A stretch of 63,957 nucleotides of DNA, filler included, from Octopus bimaculoides (GCF_001194135.2; 6 parts of 5 records of this genome joined end to end with filler, not necessarily neighbours in it), one strand, 5' to 3'; positions 51,122 to 63,957 are shown, numbered from the whole stretch's first letter. The notes: generated by a model from the letters alone, not told the origin. Translations and numbers: made by a program.

Positions 51122-52095
51122 TACAGGGTAGGGCAGAGAGGACGAACGTTTTTGAAATGGCTATTACTTAGCACCAGTGGAAGGAATATATGTCTTATAG
51201 GTACCATTCGAAACGTGGGGAGTTGGCATTTTTTTCATATCAGGTGAAGCTATGACGCTGTGGACGATAGAGCATCGCGTGTTTGCCTAAGACAGTTACG
51301 TGAAGAATAACGAGTCTGTCACAGCAGTTCAGCGTGAGTTTCGGCGCCACTTCAACATTCACCGAAATCAGGCTGTTCCCACCCGTAACACAGTCTTGCG
51401 TTGGATGATTGCACTTCGTACACGAGGTACACTAATGAATAGGAGACTAGTGTAGACGCCACGAACGTTACGCAACCCGGAAAATGTGGAACGCGTCAGA
51501 CAAGCTTTGATACAGAGTCCGAATCGTTCTGCTCGGAGGCATTTCACTGAATATGGCATCGGTAATCGATCGGTAAGGTGTATTTTGCTTGAAGACTTGC
51601 ATTTCCATCCGTGCAAATTGGTTATATGAGTAAAAGTTGAAATTATTGGACTATGCACAGCGGCTTAACTTCGCACGTCAGATGGAAGCACTTTTTGAGG
51701 CAAATAACAACCTCATTTTGTTAATAAGTGATGGAGCTCATTTTCATCTCAATGGCATGGTAAATCAACAGAACTGTCGTTATTAGACTCTTGAAAATCC
51801 AAGAGAACTGCACGAAAGAGCAGAGCACAGCCCCAAAGTGAAGGTCTGGTGTGCTGTTGGAAAAGCTGCCGTCATTGATCCTTACTTTTTTGATGACAAT
51901 AAAGAAAATGTTACTATGAACTCCGAGCGTTACAACGAGATGATAAACAACTTTGTCCCTGAATTACGACGAAAACGTATGCCTATTCGACGCGCGTTGT
52001 TTCAGCAGGATGGGGCGACGGCCCACACAGCCAAAGCATCAATGGATGTTCTTCACCTTGTCTTTGGTGACCGCCTCATATCCGGGTTTGCTGAC
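51122..52095 (+). mobile_element. 3'-truncated Tc1/Tc3-like transposon relic
   Basis: TA-CAGGGT start; SVTAVQREFRRHF, ENVERVRQAL, KVWCAV, FQQDGATAHTA; ends before the third catalytic residue. Confidence 0.88.
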
Positions 52096-52863
52096 ATACA
52101 TATATATATGTATGTGTGTGGGTATGTGTTTGTACGTTGTTGTTCACACAGGGCCGTCGCGTGACTTTTAGAAGCCCCTTGTAACTTTTGTTTCGAAGCC
52201 CCATCTCTTCAATTAAAATTCATAATCTATGCACCTTTAATACATAGCTATATTTTACTTTATTCTATCTGAAGATCAATATTTGACGTTATCCCAAAGA
52301 ACATCTTTAAAAGTACAACAAATTAAATTTATTTAGGGCTGGAACTATCGTATTATTTCATGTTTAGGAAGGCCAACATTTAATAGGGTTGAATATTTAT
52401 TCGATGAACTCACAAATATCAGAAGACAAGTATTTCAAAATAACAACTGTGGAGTATAGTTGTCTCAGCTTTTGTATGCGAAGAAGTTTATTCAAGAACA
52501 TCAAAATACAAACATTTACAGTCCAAAACAAAAGCAGGTTATTTCAAATTATGTACTTTTGAAAAAATAGACGTGAATGTTCTCAAAGACTTGATAACAG
52601 TCGAAAAAGCCTTTTTTTATTTCTATATTTCACTGTTAGCTGTTGCAATATTTCGATTGGATAGACAATTCAAACTATAAAGTCAAAATACGAAAGATTC
52701 AAAATATGAAGAATTTCTTACCTTTCTCTGAAATCACAAATTCAAGGGAAAATTAGTACTTTGCAAAATAAAATACCTCGATCACAGACTAGTTATAAAT
52801 GAAGAATTGAGATGCTTGGTGACAGTGAGCAAACAATATCTGTAGCTCTATATATGTACATCG

Positions 52864-52894
<31 letters not shown>

Positions 52895-53761
52895 NNNNNN
52901 NNNNNNNNNNNNNNNNNNNNNNNNNNNNNNNNNNNNNNNNNNNNNNNNNNNNNNNNNNNNNNNNNNNNNNNNNNNNNNNNNNNNNNNNNNNNNNNNNNNN
53001 NNNNNNNNNNNNNNNNNNNNNNNNNNNNNNNNNNNNNNNNNNNNNNNNNNNNNNNNNNNNNNNNNNNNNNNNNNNNNNNNNNNNNNNNNNNNNNNNNNNN
53101 NNNNNNNNNNNNNNNNNNNNNNNNNNNNNNNNNNNNNNNNNNNNNNNNNNNNNNNNNNNNNNNNNNNNNNNNNNNNNNNNNNNNNNNNNNNNNNNNNNNN
53201 NNNNNNNNNNNNNNNNNNNNNNNNNNNNNNNNNNNNNNNNNNNNNNNNNNNNNNNNNNNNNNNNNNNNNNNNNNNNNNNNNNNNNNNNNNNNNNNNNNNN
53301 NNNNNNNNNNNNNNNNNNNNNNNNNNNNNNNNNNNNNNNNNNNNNNNNNNNNNNNNNNNNNNNNNNNNNNNNNNNNNNNNNNNNNNNNNNNNNNNNNNNN
53401 NNNNNNNNNNNNNNNNNNNNNNNNNNNNNNNNNNNNNNNNNNNNNNNNNNNNNNNNNNNNNNNNNNNNNNNNNNNNNNNNNNNNNNNNNNNNNNNNNNNN
53501 NNNNNNNNNNNNNNNNNNNNNNNNNNNNNNNNNNNNNNNNNNNNNNNNNNNNNNNNNNNNNNNNNNNNNNNNNNNNNNNNNNNNNNNNNNNNNNNNNNNN
53601 NNNNNNNNNNNNNNNNNNNNNNNNNNNNNNNNNNNNNNNNNNNNNNNNNNNTCTGTCTGTCTGTCTGTCTGCCTGTCTGTCTGTCTATCTATCTATCTAT
53701 CAACCCGAGCTGGCCAAAGCCTTGTGAATGGATTCGGTAGACGGAAACAGAAAAAAGCCAG

Positions 53762-53806
<45 letters not shown>

Positions 53807-54197
53807 TATACCTGTGTGTGTATGTTTGTATGTATGTATAAGTATACATCCCCACCTTTATGACCATTGCTTCTTTTTCCTGTCTTTTCTGTTGAAGTTG
53901 TTCTTATTTTCAATGTTTTGGATTTCTTTCGTTTTTCTTTTATCTTCGTAGAGAATTCGTTGGCAAGCTTTTTCCATTTACTTTTTTCGTTTCTTTTAAA
54001 TTTATTTACGGTGCACCCTCGCATTTTTTCCTCGTCTGGCTTGAAATTTTCAATTAATATCTTAACCAAAGTAAATAGATGGCCCATCTATGTATTCTGA
54101 TCTTAACGTGGAGCCCCTCAATCGCGGAGGACCCCTGCGTCCGCAGGAGTTGCAGGGACTTAGCGATGGCCCTCTGTTCACACATAGGTGTACGAAC

Positions 54198-54265
<68 letters not shown>

Positions 54266-54925
54266 NNNNNNNNNNNNNNNNNNNNNNNNNNNNNNNNNNN
54301 NNNNNNNNNNNNNNNNNNNNNNNNNNNNNNNNNNNNNNNNNNNNNNNNNNNNNNNNNNNNNNNNNNNNNNNNNNNNNNNNNNNNNNNNNNNNNNNNNNNN
54401 NNNNNNNNNNNNNNNNNNNNNNNNNNNNNNNNNNNNNNNNNNNNNNNNNNNNNNNNNNNNNNNNNNNNNNNNNNNNNNNNNNNNNNNNNNNNNNNNNNNN
54501 NNNNNNNNNNNNNNNNNNNNNNNNNNNNNNNNNNNNNNNNNNNNNNNNNNNNNNNNNNNNNNNNNNNNNNNNNNNNNNNNNNNNNNNNNNNNNNNNNNNN
54601 NNNNNNNNNNNNNNNNNNNNNNNNNNNNNNNNNNNNNNNNNNNNNNNNNNNNNNNNNNNNNNNNNNNNNNNNNNNNNNNNNNNNNNNNNNNNNNNNNNNN
54701 NNNNNNNNNNNNNNNNNNNNNNNNNNNNNNNNNNNNNNNNNNNNNNNNNNNNNNNNNNNNNNNNNNNNNNNNNNNNNNNNNNNNNNNNNNNNNNNNNNNN
54801 NNNNNNNNNNNNNNNNNNNNNNNNNNNNNNNNNNNNNNNNNNNNNNNNNNNNNNNNNNNNNNNNNNNNNNNNNNNNNNNNNNNNNNNNNNNNNNNNNNNN
54901 NNNNNNNNNNNNNNNNNNNNNNNNN

Positions 54926-55002
<77 letters not shown>

Positions 55003-55309
55003 TATATATAAATGTGACCTTGGAGGGATATATTATCCGGGCGGATACCGTAATGGCTCTCAAATAAGTTCCAGTTCACGGCTAACCATGTCGATTAGTA
55101 TTTAACGTCTGTGAACACTATTAGCTGTCGGTCATTCTGTGAATTCTTCCGAAGGGTAATTCCACCGTGTTCGCTTCGCTGGACGGTAGTATTGCCTAGA
55201 GTATATATTAATAATAATTATATTGAGTATGGAGGCTTATTCATCCTCGAAATTTATTTTCTCTTCTTTTACAATTTTATACAGCATATTATGATCTACA
55301 TGTGTTTCC

Positions 55310-55600
55310 ACTACACAGTTACAGATGCAACTTGGCCCTGTTATCGGTAGAGCTTCTCCAGGCTAGTCTCGAAGCGAACTGAGTGGTGTTAGTGTTTTGT
55401 TAGTGTTCAGGAGGAGGTGGGGAGGTTATTTGGGAACTGCAACCTTGTCCGTTTGTAGACTTGTGCGGTTGACCTCAAATTCACGTCAGTCGCTATCTGA
55501 AACTAACTCTACTCAGTTCGCTTCGAGAATGGCCAAATGGATAGACCCTGATGAAGCTACACCGATAATAGTGCCAGGCTACATCTGCAACTGCCCGTAG
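55310..55600. repeat. ~290-bp fold-back element
   Basis: Perfect 18-bp core TCTCGAAGCGAACTGAGT (55367-55384) vs 55511-55528, extending imperfectly outwards. Confidence 0.85.
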
Positions 55601-55629
55601 CTATATATATATAAATCCACACACATATA

Positions 55630-55664
<35 letters not shown>

Positions 55665-55666
<2 letters not shown>

Positions 55667-56076
55667 TTTTATTCTTTTACTTGATTCAGTCATTTAACTG
55701 TGGCCATGCTGGAGCACCGCCTTTTGTCGGAGAAATCGATTCCAGGACTTATTCTTTGTAAGTCTAGTACTTATTCTATCGGTCACTTTTGCCGAACTGC
55801 TAAGTTTCGGGGACATAAACACACCAACACCGGCCGTCAAGCGATGGANNNNNNNNNNNNNNNNNNNNNNNNNNNNNNNNNNNNNNNNNNNNNNNNNNNN
55901 NNNNNNNNNNNNNNNNNNNNNNNNNNNNNNNNNNNNNNNNNNNNNNNNNNNNNNNNNNNNNNNNNNNNNNNNNNNNNNNNNNNNNNNNNNNNNNNNNNNN
56001 NNNNNNNNNNNNNNNNNNNNNNNNNNNNNNNNNNNNNNNNNNNNNNNNNNNNNNNNNNNNNNNNNNNNNNNNNNNN

Positions 56077-56110
<34 letters not shown>

Positions 56111-56255
56111 GACGACATTCTTTCAGTTTCCGTCTACCAAATCCACTCAAGGCTTTGGTCGAGGCCCGAGGCTTTAGTAGAAGGCAATTGCCCAAGGTGC
56201 TACGCAGTGGGACTGAACCCGGAACCATATGTTGTGGAAGCAAGCTTCTTACCAC
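55665..56255 (-). mobile_element. SINE family B spanning a gap
   Basis: Tail at 55665-55848 and head at 56110-56255 in consistent orientation. Confidence 0.85.
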
Positions 56256-56290
56256 ACCCCTTTTCTCCTATTTGCATCAGAACTCCTGTA

Positions 56291-56328
<38 letters not shown>

Positions 56329-56946
56329 CATTGAACATGCAGAAGTAACATAACGCGAAGCGCTGGTTTCTTTTTTGTACGATATTTTCTGATTTACAAC
56401 AGCTGATATATGCATACATACACACATGTGTGTGTTTGTATGTGCGCGTGTGTGTGAGCAAAACGCAGGACGCCATCATACGATATTTTCTCGAAATTAT
56501 ACTGTCGAACTATTGGAGATACCCCACGATTTACACTTTTATTATCACTAATGAATATTTTCATGTGCAATTGTTAACTGTAAAGGAATTACAGTCGCCT
56601 CAGTACATATGGACGAGTCGTGTGATGAAAACTTCTACTGTCGAACTATTGGAGATACCCCACGATTTACACTTTTATTATCACTAATGAATATTTTCAT
56701 GTGCATATATATATATATGTATGTATGTATGGCCGTTCTTGTAAATATATATATACATATATATATTTACAAGAATGGCCATAAGTCGCTTTACCCAGTT
56801 TTAATAATAATAAAGAAATGGGTAAAGCAACTTATGACCTGTAATATACACACATGCATATACCGATGTATTATTATATACACATGCATATACCCATATA
56901 CGTAGATCGGTACATACACCCACATATACATACATATGCATGCATG

Positions 56947-56982
<36 letters not shown>

Positions 56983-57099
56983 NNNNNNNNNNNNNNNNNN
57001 NNNNNNNNNNNNNNNNNNNNNNNNNNTTAATTAATTAANNNNNNNNNNNNNNNNNNNNNNNNNNNNNNNNNNNNNNNNNNNNATATATATATATGCATT

Positions 57100-57164
<65 letters not shown>

Positions 57165-57167
<3 letters not shown>

Positions 57168-57375
57168 TGTGTGGCTGTGTTTTCCCACTCTATCGCTTGA
57201 CAACCGCTGTTGGTGTGTTTACGTTCACGTAACCTAGCGGTTCGGGAAAAGTGGACGATAGAATGAGAACTAGACTGACAAAGAATATGTCCATGTCCTG
57301 GGGTCGAATTGTTCGACTGAAGGCGGTACTCCAGCATGGCCGCAGTGAAATAATTGAAACAAGTAAAACAATAAA
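57165..57375 (+). mobile_element. SINE family B 3' part
   Basis: CGCTTGACAACCG...CTCCAGCATGGCCGCAGT...GAAACAAGTAAAA. Confidence 0.8.
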
Positions 57376-57410
57376 AGAAGATATATACATATATGCATGT
57401 ATTAATATAC

Positions 57411-57490
<80 letters not shown>

Positions 57491-58299
57491 ATGTATGTAT
57501 GTATGTATGTATATATATAAATATGTGCATGTGTGTGTGGCGCAAAAATTTATAAGTTACAGGAAGAGATAAAATGAACAGACAATGTATTAGTTTTATG
57601 CTTAGGAAAAATAGAAGGGAAATGCCTTTTACGTTCCGAGCATATGCGATTCTACAAGAGCCGAAAAAATGGGGGACAAAAAAGATCAGACGTGTCTAAC
57701 ATCACTTGAATTTTCTAAAGTTTCGAGAGAAAATGCAACAATAATTTTCAGGAATATTATTTTCTCGAAACCTACGCATAAATTTATATATTTTACCATT
57801 AAAATATTGGTGTGAAATACAGTTTTGGACAGTAGAAAGGGAGCTGTCTGAGAAACATGAGCAAATATCTGCTATAGACATGCCATATATGTGCTTCGAG
57901 TTAAACTTTTCCAAAAAATTATTATTTCGCGTTCTATCGAAAGTTATTAAAATTGTTATGACTTCAAGAATATATGTATGTATGTGTGTATACATGCATG
58001 GATGTATGTGTTTGTATTTGTGCTTATGTTTTTCCCCACCACCGCTTGACAACCGGTGTCGTAATCACGGAGATGTGAGTTCGAGTCCACAGCTACCCAC
58101 CTACCCTTTTTTCTGCAAAATAGGGATAGTTTATCCTGTTCAGGCTATATTATTAGCATTATCCTGCGATTGAGAATTTAAAATCACTTCTTTAACTTTC
58201 TAAGACATCTCAACACATTTCTAAAATGCAAACTTCGTTTGTTTGTTTACGTTTGTCGTAATTTGAAATTATATATATATACTGCGATTTGCAAAAATA

Positions 58300-59285
58300 C
58301 AAAAGACGAAGACACGTGTGTAAACAGCAAAACATATGTATTAGTTTAACGCTCGAGAAGTGACAGTCTTTTACGTTTCGAGCTTACGCTCTTCGACAGA
58401 AAGGAACACAGAAATAAACAGGAAGAGAAAATAGAAAAAGTTTAGTGGCAAGTGAACTATCATGGCGAATGCCGGACGGAGAGGTCACACAGGAGAGCTA
58501 GGAAGAAGGGGAGATAATAAAGTAGTAGAGATCACAAAACGAAAATGCGCGTGCGTATGTATGTGAGAGCGTATATGTGCGTGTGGAAGGGGTCCGGTAG
58601 CTTTGACATGTGTGTGTGCATGTGTAGATGTGTGGATGATGGTGTAGGTGCTGGGAAGTGGTCAGTGCTAGTGTATTCGGGGTGGTATGATGTGCTGAGG
58701 TATTGTATGATGGTGTCCGGTGTGGTGGCGTGTGGTGTGGTGGTGTGGTGTGGTGATATGTGGTGTGTTGGACTGTGGGAGAGGCGAGAGTGGTGAAGTC
58801 TAAGGGATGGGGTGGGGGTGGATGGGATGTATAGGTATGGTGGGATAACGAGGGAGGGGTGACGATGAAGGCAGAGGGTGGAAGGGAGAAAGTGGGTGGG
58901 ATTGTAGTGAGGAAGTAGCTGTTAAAGCAAGAGAGGGGAGGTAGGTGGGAGGAAGTAGGTGTGAGAGGAAGAGAGGAGAGAGGAGGAGGGTTAGATAAAG
59001 AGGAGCGGGGAGTTGAGCCCATGTGGCGCAAAGGAGCGAAGAGAGAACATTAATCCTTGCTCACGGTGAAATGGCGCGAGACCGGGGTTTCGTTGCCGAG
59101 TCTGATGATTCGGAGGTGTTCCGCGAACCGCTCAGCCAAGCCGTGTCCCGTTTGACCGAGGTATAGAGACGAACAGAGAGAGCCGAAGATGCAGTATATG
59201 GCGTTGCTAGAAGTGCAGGTGAAGGAGCCAGTGATATGATAGGGTCGAAGATTGGTGCCTGTGGGGAGGGTGGTTTATGTGTGTA
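58300..59285 (-). mobile_element. PLE 3' end: GIY-YIG, pyrimidine-rich 3' region, decayed hammerhead
   Basis: Minus frame GSFTCTSSNAIYCIFGSLCSSLYLGQTGHGLAERFAEHLR (59060-59270); hammerhead-like motif at 58360-58405. Confidence 0.82.
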
Positions 59286-59745
59286 TGAGGCTCAAGGTTG
59301 AATAACCAAAAGCCGAAACCTGGTTTGTGGATATCCCTAATTGCATGATATTTTTATTTGTGCTGTTAAATGTTTTAATTCTTTCTGTTTTCCTCGCATA
59401 CTGTTTTTCTCTGTTATATTGGTGCGCTACGGTGGATTATTTAAGACTTGGCTCTTATTTCTAGCAGGTAGATGCTCATTAAGCATCATTACGCTTCGTG
59501 CAAATTTCATAGCTCCTTAAAGCTATCATAACTGCGTTCCACCCATGCTACTACTGCTGATATCATCAAATTTTGAATTTATCCACAGATGATATGAACA
59601 GTAGTGACATCTAACTTCAAATCTCAGTGTTTGAATATTTCATATNNNNNNNNNNNNNNNNNNNNNNNNNNNNNNNNNNNNNNNNNNNNTTAATTAATTA
59701 ANNNNNNNNNNNNNNNNNNNNNNNNNNNNNNNNNNNNNNNNNNNN

Positions 59746-60175
59746 ACTACCTGTCTGATAAGGGTACACCAGGCACATGCATCACAACCGTATGTGTGCG
59801 ACATGGTGATCTCATATCAAGATAAACAGTGCATGACCTTGCAGGTGGAGCCCAGTTACAATTTCCTTCAGGTCGGGTAGCCTATCCCGCTCAAAGTTGA
59901 ACAAAACACCCATGTTTCTAAAGGTGAATTATTCAAACTCCAAAGAATTCCTCTCAACACATGGCTATGATGCTCCCCCACTACTTCTGCTCGTGATCAG
60001 AGATGCACATATCGTCAGCCACCAAGGGACATGCTCAACTGGTTAAGGTCAAACAACTGACAAACAAATCTGTGCTATTAAGCAGAATATTTGTTGTAGC
60101 CCATCTTTTGTGCCAAGACAAAACAATATACATGATAACACTCCAATCCAATCAATTAAAATCAGAAGCCATGGT
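59746..60175. mobile_element. Non-coding interspersed repeat, same family as 15968-16394
   Basis: Aligns with the 16-kb copy; its first ~50 bp also match the reverse complement of ~18895-18950. Confidence 0.8.
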
Positions 60176-60329
60176 AGTGAAAACCCGATGGTGCTAGGTC
60201 TGGTGAGTAGGGAGGGTGATGCAGAGTTCCCAAGCCACATGAAGGTATCTTTTCATGGGTTATTTTCGTTCAATGTGACTCTATCTGCTGAATGGAACTG
60301 ATTCCTTCTTGAGCAAAACTTAGTGGATG

Positions 60330-60935
60330 TGTCCAAGCAGTTTTCATTCAATAAAGCTTTGTGGTGAAGCTTTTCCCTTGTCTCAGTAATTCGAATCGAA
60401 CAATACCGATTGTGTACCACTAAACTCACAGCAAAATTTGTAAATCTAGTTTGGATGATGGAACTGGATTTTCATTTGACAATAGTCATCGTTTCTTATG
60501 TTTTTTTTTGCTGATATAGACTAGCCATTTCTTATCATCTTTTACGATTCGATTAAAGTGTTTGCTAATTATTGAACGCACCACGTAGTTCTTGGTAAAG
60601 GCGGCGCATGAAATACTCTCGTCCCTTCTCTTGAGATAATCTTGCACAGTTGACCAAGGTATAAGCTGATATGGCTTCTCTTGAATTGCTGCTTTTAATG
60701 CATCATTATTGAAAATAGTCGCTCTTCCTGATTAATATCTATTCAAACGATCTTTTTCTTGATTTTGTTAAATCACTTTTGGCATTTCCGAACGCTCATC
60801 CCATCAGGATAGTCAGTAAATAAGTTTTTTCCTTGCAAATGTGATATTTTTGCCCTTACGAAATTCTTAAAGCATGTAATGCCGAATATGCCGCTCACTA
60901 AAATCTTTGTCAGATAGAACATATACACACAGCGC
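60330..60935 (-). mobile_element. Decayed mariner transposase relic
   Basis: Frameshifted EHIRHYML, SGRATIFNNDALKAAIQE, FNRIVKDDKKWLVY, IVRFELL. Confidence 0.75.
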
Positions 60936-62574
60936 GTGTCCAATTTAATGTTTGATCATTAACTGCATGCTGATTGATTGATTGCAAGAACACCTTTTAT
61001 TGGCTTGTAATCTATTTGTGATACGAAGTCAGACGATTTGTATGAAAATACGACATTACTTTTCGGTATTCCTAATATATAAGTATAAAAGTCAGATAAA
61101 CAAAAGTAGGCGCAAGACGTGTATTTACCCGGAAAGTTGCACATATAAATTCATTTGTTTATTTATATATGCAACTTGTAAATACACTTTTTATGCTTAC
61201 TTTTGTTTGCCTTTTATTATTCCCATAACCGCTCGACAAAGATAATTTTATAGCCGGCTTTTATACCGGAGCTACCTATTCTAGACGAAGAAATTGGAGT
61301 TTTGGATTTATCTGAGCACTACTTGGTGACTGTCTATATGACGTTTGCTCTTATATATCTATCTATCTACATATATAAATATACGTAAAAAACTCCCTAC
61401 CCTGTATATTTTACGTATATGTTTTTAGCAATTTTAGAAGATTAGTTCGGCATCTATTCATTTACTGCCGACATAAACTGCGCTTGCGCAGTAAATTTGA
61501 AAAATTATAATGAATAACGATGAGACACGTGTTATTTGTCTCTTAGTTATATGTTAGTGTTACGGCGCGGTCACTGATGAGAATTTCGTCTAGCAAATTA
61601 TTTTATTTGCTAAAAAAATTTGAAACCTTGAAATGACCGTAAAAATATAACAAGCTAAAATTTTTTTTTTTTCATTCCCTTCGAAATTGCTCTTAAATGT
61701 GGTTTTGATCGTTTTGACTACTTCTTCTAGTGTGTAAAGCTACCTGTTGAAGGCAGCTTCTCTTGTGTTTAAATGTACACTATGATATATATATATACAC
61801 ACACACACATGCATACACGCTTACATATATCTTGATTATAGTTAGAGGTTATAAATACACTACAGAACATCTTTACGTCTTTGGTATAACAGAATTATTT
61901 TTTAACACATCAACCTCCTTAATTGTCAGAAATACGCACCAGAAACTTTCGATGAATTATCTACAATAGATATTAATAATTTTGCACGAGTGACCGAATG
62001 TATAAGATATTTGATCAAAAATATTAGAGCGTAAAATAATAACAATTATGCCGTAAGCTCATATCCGGTTATGCGTATATTATTTTGTCTCTTATACGTA
62101 TTTATCATCGAGCTGTCAAGAGCCAGTTTCAAAACATTTATCTTAGTTACCAGCATTAGTAGATTGGCGTCTTTTTTCACTTAACGCACCAGACACAGGC
62201 GTTTAAATAACAGCTTAATCCACCTCTGAGATTCATGAGTCAATTAACTTAGATACGGGGCCATCAATTTATAGTGAAGATGAAGTGAAATTGCGTGAGA
62301 TGTCTTTTCTTTTACACTTTAGCTGGTTTCAGTCATTGGGCTAGTGTTTTATAAGGACAGTTGATTCTATGGTTAATGTCTGTTTGTTTGTTTGTATGTA
62401 TGTATGTATGTATGTTGTAAGTATGTATGTATGTATGTATGTGTGCGCGCATGTACACACACAAATTTATACATATACACACACATATATATACATACAC
62501 ATAAACACCCTAATGCGCATGCGGCGCACACACACGTATTTACATGTATATATATGTATATGAACTGGAAGAAT

Positions 62575-62646
62575 CATTAGCATATCGGGAAAAATGCTTA
62601 GCAACATTTCGTCCGTTTTCACTTTCTGAGTTCAAATTCCGCCGAG
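62575..62646 (+). mobile_element. SINE family A head
   Basis: AATGCTTAGCAACATTTCGTCCG...GAGTTCAAATTCCGCCGAG. Confidence 0.75.
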
Positions 62647-62719
62647 TATATATATCTATATATTGATATTTAACAGAAATAACAGAGTGACTTAAGGTCC
62701 GAGATTTTCATGCGTTGGC

Positions 62720-63916
62720 ACTTCGAGTGTTCGGGCTAAATTTGACAATTATTTATGTCTCCTTTTTTGAGGAACAACTTCATGTATTGATGAACAGTCA
62801 ACGGTGCTGGAGATCATAAAAATTAAAGATGTAGTTAAAACAAAAGGTCACACACACAGAGTTTTGGAAGATATCTGAATATTGGAAAACAAACACCTGT
62901 ATCAATATGATTTGCGCCGGGTGTCAAAATATCAACATCATGACCATTGCTCAATGCTCTGTAAACACTGTAAAGGCTGTAAGACGCGACACGGACAGGG
63001 GCAACGGAGGCTATTCAACCGTAGACAACAGAAAGAGGTACAGCAGGCATTCTGACTGCGTCCGCATGCCGCAGTTCATCTAACAGCTGCACGACTAAGT
63101 GATAGAAGACTCAAGCAGGGAAATCCTGTCTTTTGTAAGAGATGAGTGTTGGAGTCGCCATCATGAAGCTGGCCCTCATGTGGACCTTCTACCACTCGTA
63201 TAAGAGGCAAAGGAGCAAATTCTGGCAGCCGGTGTCGAGAGGAACCAGTTGATGTAGTCAAAGAAGCTCCTGAACAAGCTGAAATATTCTGCTGAGCCGG
63301 AGATGATCTGGTTCTCCTCAGCTCAAAGGAACTTCTTCCAGGACCAGTTGCACAACACCCAGAATAACAAGTGGTTTTATCTACAATCTACGTGATGTCC
63401 TGTGTATTCTGAAAACCAAGTTGCCCCAAACTGTTATGGTCTTTGAATGTGTCTCCAGTGATGGTGACGTCATGCTGTCTATATATAAATAGAGGTAGTC
63501 TGGCTGTGGTAAGAAGGTTGAATAACAGTTGAGTAGCAGTCGAGTAGTAGTTGTGTAGCGGTTGAGTAGCGATCATCCGAAGGTGCTAGATAGCAGTAGC
63601 TTGAGACATAACAGACACTAACCGTTCTACTTGCAACACTGGCCGAGCTGGTGACCAATGGCCGAGCTGGTGACTAAGATCAAGAAGTTGTTCGAGGACC
63701 TTCTCAGGCATACATTGAAGAACGTATGGGTCATGTTCCGGGACCGTGTTGAGGCCTTGGTGGAAGATAAGGGCGGCTACTTTGAGCAAACTGTTATCTC
63801 TCAGCCATAATCTAGTTGATATTTTTGATTTTTTTAAAAGATAGTTTTCTTTTGAATGAAATATTGTGTTTTCTCTTTCTTTCATGCAAACTATCAAATT
63901 TGACCCGAACACCATA
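62720..63916 (+). mobile_element. Tc1/mariner (maT-like) relic with both TIRs, internal deletion and a ~175-bp insertion
   Basis: Left GTGTTCGGGCTAAATTTGAC vs reverse-complemented right GTGTTCGGGTCAAATTTGAT; transposase remnants LKTKLPQTVMVFECVSSDGDVM and FRDRVEALVEDKGGYFE. Confidence 0.75.
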
Positions 63917-63957
63917 TATATGGTGTTCGGGTCCCCCCCTCTCTCTCTCTCTCTCTC

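Noticed and set aside
58498-59031. 177-aa Pro/His/Thr-rich ORF
   Set aside because: Translation of the pyrimidine-rich low-complexity region downstream of the PLE GIY-YIG domain.
60560-60930. Helitron Rep-like reading of YPDGMSVRKCQK
   Set aside because: Neighbouring frames give mariner HTH and catalytic-domain motifs instead.
61572-61600. CTGATGA as a hammerhead core (also reverse CTGATGAG near 672-680)
   Set aside because: No downstream GAAA box with closing stems.

Overview
AT-rich eukaryotic DNA from a gapped draft assembly. It is very rich in microsatellites, and most gaps are flanked by simple repeats. The SINE families and repeat landscape look like octopus (my recollection, not verified by search). 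I found no confidently identifiable host gene; nearly all long ORFs in the track are microsatellite or N-gap artefacts. The window is mostly decayed mobile DNA: Penelope-like element (PLE) fragments (one RT, four GIY-YIG ends), a Gypsy gag-pro-RT fragment, R4/Dong-like and other RLE-type LINE fragments tied to (TAA)n repeats, RTE and CR1 3' ends, five Tc1/mariner relics, a hAT relic and many tRNA-type SINEs. The best structural signal is a tandem pair of complete-looking type I hammerhead ribozyme motifs (28.9 and 29.4 kb) inside a ~500-bp duplicated unit with an inverted terminal arm. Three further head-to-head fold-back structures (21.4, 47.7-49.2, 55.3 kb) share that geometry, and several decayed minimal hammerheads are present. 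Hammerheads in PLE terminal repeats are established, so this is probably an undescribed local family rather than a new class of system. Boundaries are read by eye and are approximate.
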